Positions 58,732 to 64,000 of a DNA stretch of 64,000 nucleotides are shown here, in pieces. Positions within the stretch are counted from its first letter, which is position 1; the number at the start of each line of letters is the position of its first letter. Under the pieces are notes generated by a model. The model had not been told where the DNA came from and ran no database searches. It saw nothing but the letters and a program-made list of their open reading frames with translations. A program made the position numbers and the translations under genes. The stretch comes from Dipteris shenzhenensis (lineage: Eukaryota): the NCBI GenBank assembly GCA_047967505.1, contig CM106538.1. One strand, 5' to 3'.

Positions 58732-60760
58732 TTGGAGAGGAGGGGACAAATCGGTGCGGCCGCAGGCTGAATCTCAGGTTGGGGCAGGTAGCGAGTTTCC
58801 TTTTATTTTTTTTAAAAAACGAGGTTGGGGCAGGTAGCTTTTCCATTTTCGTGGAGCACTTATTACTAACTTGAAATTGAACTTGAATCTTAGGATTTTA
58901 TCAAAATTTTAAAAGAAAACAGAGAATGAGTAAAAATGAGGACCCAATCCTCCCTGCAAATGTTAGGGATGGTGATTTATTATTGACTAGGCCATATTAT
59001 TTGTGCGTTTTAGGAATTGAAGCCCAACAAATACATGAATAAGGTGATGCTCACAAGAGCTCATAACTGATCCTCATTGAAGTCTGTACAATATTGTCAT
59101 ATGGACTACAGTCATGTGAATAAAGGTGTCGATTTTGACGTTGCCTCTAGCTTGGATTCCCTTGGTCCCTTATGCATCAAAAAGAGAGAAAAGTTGTAAG
59201 AATTTAGATTGAAAACAAGCATTTTGAATGGACGAGCACTTGAAAATATTTGCATTATAATATATAATATATAATTATTACAACCACACATAATGGAGCC
59301 AAGGAGGCGGTGCGCAATTTTCTGCAAAGAGTTATAATCCGAGGGAACGGGCTCTTCCTTGGGTGTCGAGAATATTAACGTCGAGAATAATAGCTTCAAG
59401 AATAAGTCTCGTGAATGGATAAGATACTAGTATATTACTTGGATGTCAATAGTCATAATTGTATTTCTATATATTGGCCATAAAGCCCACATCTTTCTAG
59501 CGACTCCCTTGTTAACCTGCGCCCACAAATAAAGAACGAGCAAAGTAGATGAGGGTGTAAAATCGACAGAGGACTTACGCAATTTAGATTTAATCAATGC
59601 TTTAGCTATAAATTAGTAGGTGGATCATTGGATTGAAAGCCAAAACTTGAAGGAAACTTTTCAAGAAATTTAGTATGACACATCGAGGAAGCCATCCAGC
59701 ATTGTCAAGAGCATTTTTCCTTCCAATGATGATTCCCAAACTTTAAGGGCTTGAAGCAACTCTGCGTAAGCAATTCAAACTAATGCCAGTTTAGACAATC
59801 ACCTAACTTATCCTATGCAAAATGGATGAGCTGCTTTCGATGGGAAACCTGAAACTGATTCCAGAGGTTGACCTATTATCACTCTACGTTCTCGCTACGA
59901 TTTAACTCTGGGAAGAGTTTGCAGATCTTACCATGAATCCTTCAAGGTTGATCGTGGAGTGGATATTTGTTTTACGTTCCTTTCGTAAACTAACTTGGAC
60001 AATTGTGGCACATAGTGCCTTGAAAATCAGCGTGAAAGTTTTGCAAATTAGTTATTGGTTGATTGATATTCTCGGGTCATCATACCTTCATAGCTCTCCC
60101 CCATAATGTAAAAGTTTGTGTATATAACTTAGATGGTGATGACGCTTTCTTGGTATCTGTCAGATTGGGAGTACAAGGCCTCTCCACGAGGCAAGAATAG
60201 AAAAGCGGGTGGCATCCTGCTCTTTTGGCTATCTTTGGTGCAAGTTGAGGGGACAATATTAACAGGAGGAGTTGGCAAGGCTCTTTAATGTTGACTTTGG
60301 CCAAGGTGAAAGCCGAGTGGGGGTAGGTGCCATGCATTCTCTCCCACAATCCTTCTAAGAAGATCTAAAAGGCTTGTCGATCGACTCAGTGTGCGATGCC
60401 AATTTGCCATAATGCAAGCATAATGCAGGCATTCCTTGGCCAATCGCTCATGCTATTCAAGTGGAGAGGAAGCATGCAGCATGCTTTGTGCTCTGCCTAA
60501 AAGGCTACAACCAAGGGCTTTCTGAGAGAGCTCCCACACCGTTCTAACTCTAGCCACATACACGAAAACCTTTCCGAGCAGACGATCTCTAGCCTTGTTC
60601 CCGAGCTCTGTTGCCTTCTCGCAGTATATCGTTGCTATGTCGCCTTCTCATAGTATATAACTGCCATGCATATTCTTGTACCATATGGTTGTGGTAGAAC
60701 ATGGCCATCTTCAGCAAATTAGAGCGCACTGCGAGTCCAACCCGTGACCTCCAGTAAGGC

Positions 60761-60871
60761 GCTTGCAAAGTGACGCAGCTTAGTGTGCTTTTTATCGATC
60801 TCTTGACCTATGTTATCGCTTGCAAAGTGACGAAGCTTGGTGTGCTTTTTATCGATCTCTTGACCTATGTT
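60761..60871. repeat. 57-bp tandem duplication
   Basis: GCTTGCAAAGTGACG..TCTCTTGACCTATGTT twice. Confidence 0.9.
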
Positions 60872-60919
60872 CAATATTCCAACGTAAGTGTTCCAACTGA
60901 GCGTATCCTCAGTGTAGGC

Positions 60920-61735
60920 ATCGCCATCCCAACCACACCCTCCCTTGCTCATTTCAGCAAGCTGAAGCAATTCTTCCAGCTTTTCGTTGGCCTATCGAAC
61001 CATGGAGGCCCCAGCTTCCAAGGCCTACCCGGAGTGTGAGTGCATGCCACTGCAATCCGTGCGATCAATTCAAAGTCGAATTAAAGTCACTTTCCAATAT
61101 GTGGAGCTCTGGCTTGCAGATCGTGCCATCCTGCCTCGTTGGGCGGCAGCATCCATAGAAATTAGTGCCGATTCATGGATGGCACATCGTTGGCAAGGTG
61201 CAGCTCCTCATGCACCAATGCATCCTTGAGCTAAGGCGTGTGATCGGCCATTCTGAGGCCCTTGCACAATGCGAGAACACGCTCGAGCACCAGGTTGGGC
61301 CTGACTGTGAGTTGGGATGCAGGAGCTGCCCAGTTTGTGGCTGTGCACGACCTCAGGGATACATCAGCCATTGCCAGTTACTGGGTAGCTCAAATCTACG
61401 AATTGGAGGTTCTGTCAGACTGCATCTAGGATGATACGAGCAACGTGACTCCCTTTGTGATGCTAGCCAGAGAGCCCATCATCCCCAGAAGAGATCGCGC
61501 TTTCAAAGCCAGCATCATCTTCACCCGGCGTCTTGTTCAAGGTTCTCTTTGCATTCACCTTCCGCAACATTAATCTCACAAAGATCGAGAGCCGACCACA
61601 GAGGAAACTACCCCTGCCAGTGGTAGACGGCAACAGCAACAGTAGCACATCTAGACACTTCGATACCTCTTGTTACATTGGCTTTGAAGCTTCCACGGTT
61701 GATCGCAAGGCACAAAATGCATTAAGCGTCTTTCA
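60920..61735 (+). pseudogene. ADT: Arogenate/prephenate dehydratase pseudogene (intronless, multiple frameshifts and deletions)
   Basis: [95 protein letters not shown]. Confidence 0.88.
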
Positions 61736-62799
61736 AAGCAACAACTTTATCTCCCTCGCATTCATCCACCTCGGTCCTCGAGCTTCAAGATCAAAGCAGC
61801 CAGCACAGTCTATGCGTCCACAAGACGGTGTCTTGTCCTAGGGATTGACTTGGGAAGGGCAAGAGGATGAAAGTCATTGGGTGCAGTTCTTGCGTAACAG
61901 CCCCGCCGAGGCAACAGATCACATACCTTCCCCACTAAGTCCCAATCTTTGGGGCAAGGGCTCCAACTGTGTTCCTCTGCGTTAAAGTTGTTTACAAGTG
62001 CACCTCCCTCAGCCGCACAGGTTGTTGTTTGTGTTGATATTGGCACCTCCTTCTAGCTCGAGCCACCAGAGTCATTAAACCTGTGCGTAAAAGCAAATGG
62101 CATTGTAACCGCTTTTTAGGAAATTCTCTACAATCAATTCAAGATGAACGGTTGATAGTGGTACACATGGCTGAAGGAGGGCTCAGAAAACCCAAACTTC
62201 CCTCTACACTCACTCACCCATGATCCTATCTAAGGGTACATGGCCCTCGATTGATAATCGTAGGTTTCATAGATGTGGTTAAGTCATGTACAACATACAC
62301 ATGCACCCATCTACAAGCTAAGACGTTATGCCCGCCCTCCAAGATTTGAACCCATGAGTTGAGAATGGAAGCCCAATGCTCAAACTTGGAGGCAACAGAG
62401 AAGCTTTTTTAAAACTAAAAGTCCTCCTTTAAGGTACTGAATGAGTTTTTTTTTAAGGGTTGGTCACCCGCAAAAAAGACCTTGATTATAAAAAAGGGGG
62501 ATATTAAATGTCAAAAAGCTCGGCTAGGCAAAAAACAAAAAACCTTGACTAATTCTGCATATCGACTTTCTTGCCAAATCTCCTTGCTTGCCTTCATAGG
62601 CCAAGCTTACATCACATAGCAAAGTTATGAGTAGCTCTTGACTACATCAGTTGTGTTAATGGAAGACAGCCAAGACATGCTAATTGCTCTCACATTCTAG
62701 TCCAAGAGCTTTATTTTTTAACCAATATAGACAATGTGTTCTCGATCCCTATTATGTGAAACCTTGCTTTTAATTTGTTACAACAAATTGCCCAACAAC

Positions 62800-63840
62800 T
62801 CACAAAACTCATATTCTAATGCACACAATTTTTTAAGATGGTGCAAAAAGGCATGATATTCATATAAATCATGCCTTGTCATTTGAATTGATATGTAACA
62901 TTATGCCATTTGTATTTAACAATCAAAAGATGCATGGATGTTAAAAACTCATCTTTTGGTCCAAACTCCAAAACAAGCAAATTTTGATAACTTGCAAAGA
63001 TACAAGGATGTGAAAACAGGGAGCACGTTAACGTGGTCCCTATTTTGGCCCGAAAGATGGCATTTTCACATCCTTATATCTTTTGATTTACAACTCCAAA
63101 TGGGGTCATGTTACATATGAAATCAAACGATAAGGCGTGATTAGGGATGTGAAGACAGGGAGCACGTTAATGTGGTCCTTGTTTTGGCCCAAAAGATAGC
63201 ATTTTCACATCCTTATATCTTTTGATTTACAAGTCCAAATGGTGTCATGTTACATATGAAATCAAATGGCAAGGCGTGATTTGGTTGATTATCATACCTA
63301 TTTGCACCATCTAGTAAGATTTCATGCACCAAAATATAAATTTGTGGTTAATTTGTTGCATTGGTTGGATTAGTGGAATGTAAGAGTGAATCATTGGGGA
63401 GGGAGTTTTTGAAGTAACAAAGAAACATAGGTTTTGTTCCAAGAGTGAATAGAGTTTAAAAAGCTAAGCATTTACATATGCATGGAATCTTAGCTAATCC
63501 ATTCAAGGAGTGCTTGGAAACACCCCACTTGTGTGGAAGGTTACATTGATGATCTCAATTACTATGGTGGAAAAGAGAACTTGATTGTAGTAGGGTTTGT
63601 CTTTGATACTAATGATGATTTAGCAATGAAACATACCACCTCTCTTATGGGTGGGTGATGTGAAATTAGTGTTAGTGGCTTTAAATATTTAACCTTGTAG
63701 CAGTAAGAAAACGTATGGAATTTTGAATAAATTATATTTTCTTACTACTCAAATGGGGGACTTATTAATCTTTTATTGTTTTGTATTGCTCGCTTTTGTT
63801 GGCTCGCTCGCCTTTTGTTGGCCGCATTTTGGTAATCCTC
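62800..63840. mobile_element. Second, inverted copy of the Mutator-like foldback family (left end uncertain)
   Basis: Ends TTTTGGTAATCCTC, the reverse complement of the 30781 terminus; shares the interior and GCACGTTAAC core, here tandemly duplicated (~63005-63280). Confidence 0.78.
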
Positions 63841-64000
63841 ATGTGATTGCATGGTGATGTGGTGGGTCACTTCAACTTGAAGAGATCTATCACACAAGGA
63901 TACCCCTTAACACCTCTACTTTTTGCTCTAGTAAGTGAAACTCTTCTGAATGCAATTCGAAGAAAGATTGTTGTTGGTTCAATTGAGGGCTTATAACTCC

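Overview
Eukaryotic land-plant nuclear DNA, most consistent with a fern (judged from PPR sequence style and a DYW:WW-like domain), dominated by nested, degraded transposons. It holds three paralogous PLS-class PPR-E genes (3525-6878 +, 27754-29607 +, 58458-56122 -) with 8, 3 and 5 P-L-S triplets. Each PPR frame is open, but each DYW deaminase tail is broken by a different lesion. Upstream of two copies are remnants of an OSB-type PDF (single-stranded nucleic acid binding) motif, implying an ancestral PDF-PPR-E-DYW fusion. A complete TSD-bounded non-chromovirus Ty3/gypsy element (12437-21543, -) has an unusual layout: its pol RNase H has lost its catalytic residues, while an archaeal-type RNase H plus CCHC knuckle and two unknown ORFs lie upstream of gag, and it has an extended tRNA-His primer site. 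Also present: Copia, gypsy and LINE remnants, a 9-bp-TSD Mutator-like foldback element (2 copies), a gutted Copia derivative, minisatellites and an arogenate dehydratase pseudogene. No prokaryotic genes, rRNA, intact tRNA or CRISPR array were seen. All assignments are by eye; no database search or alignment was run.
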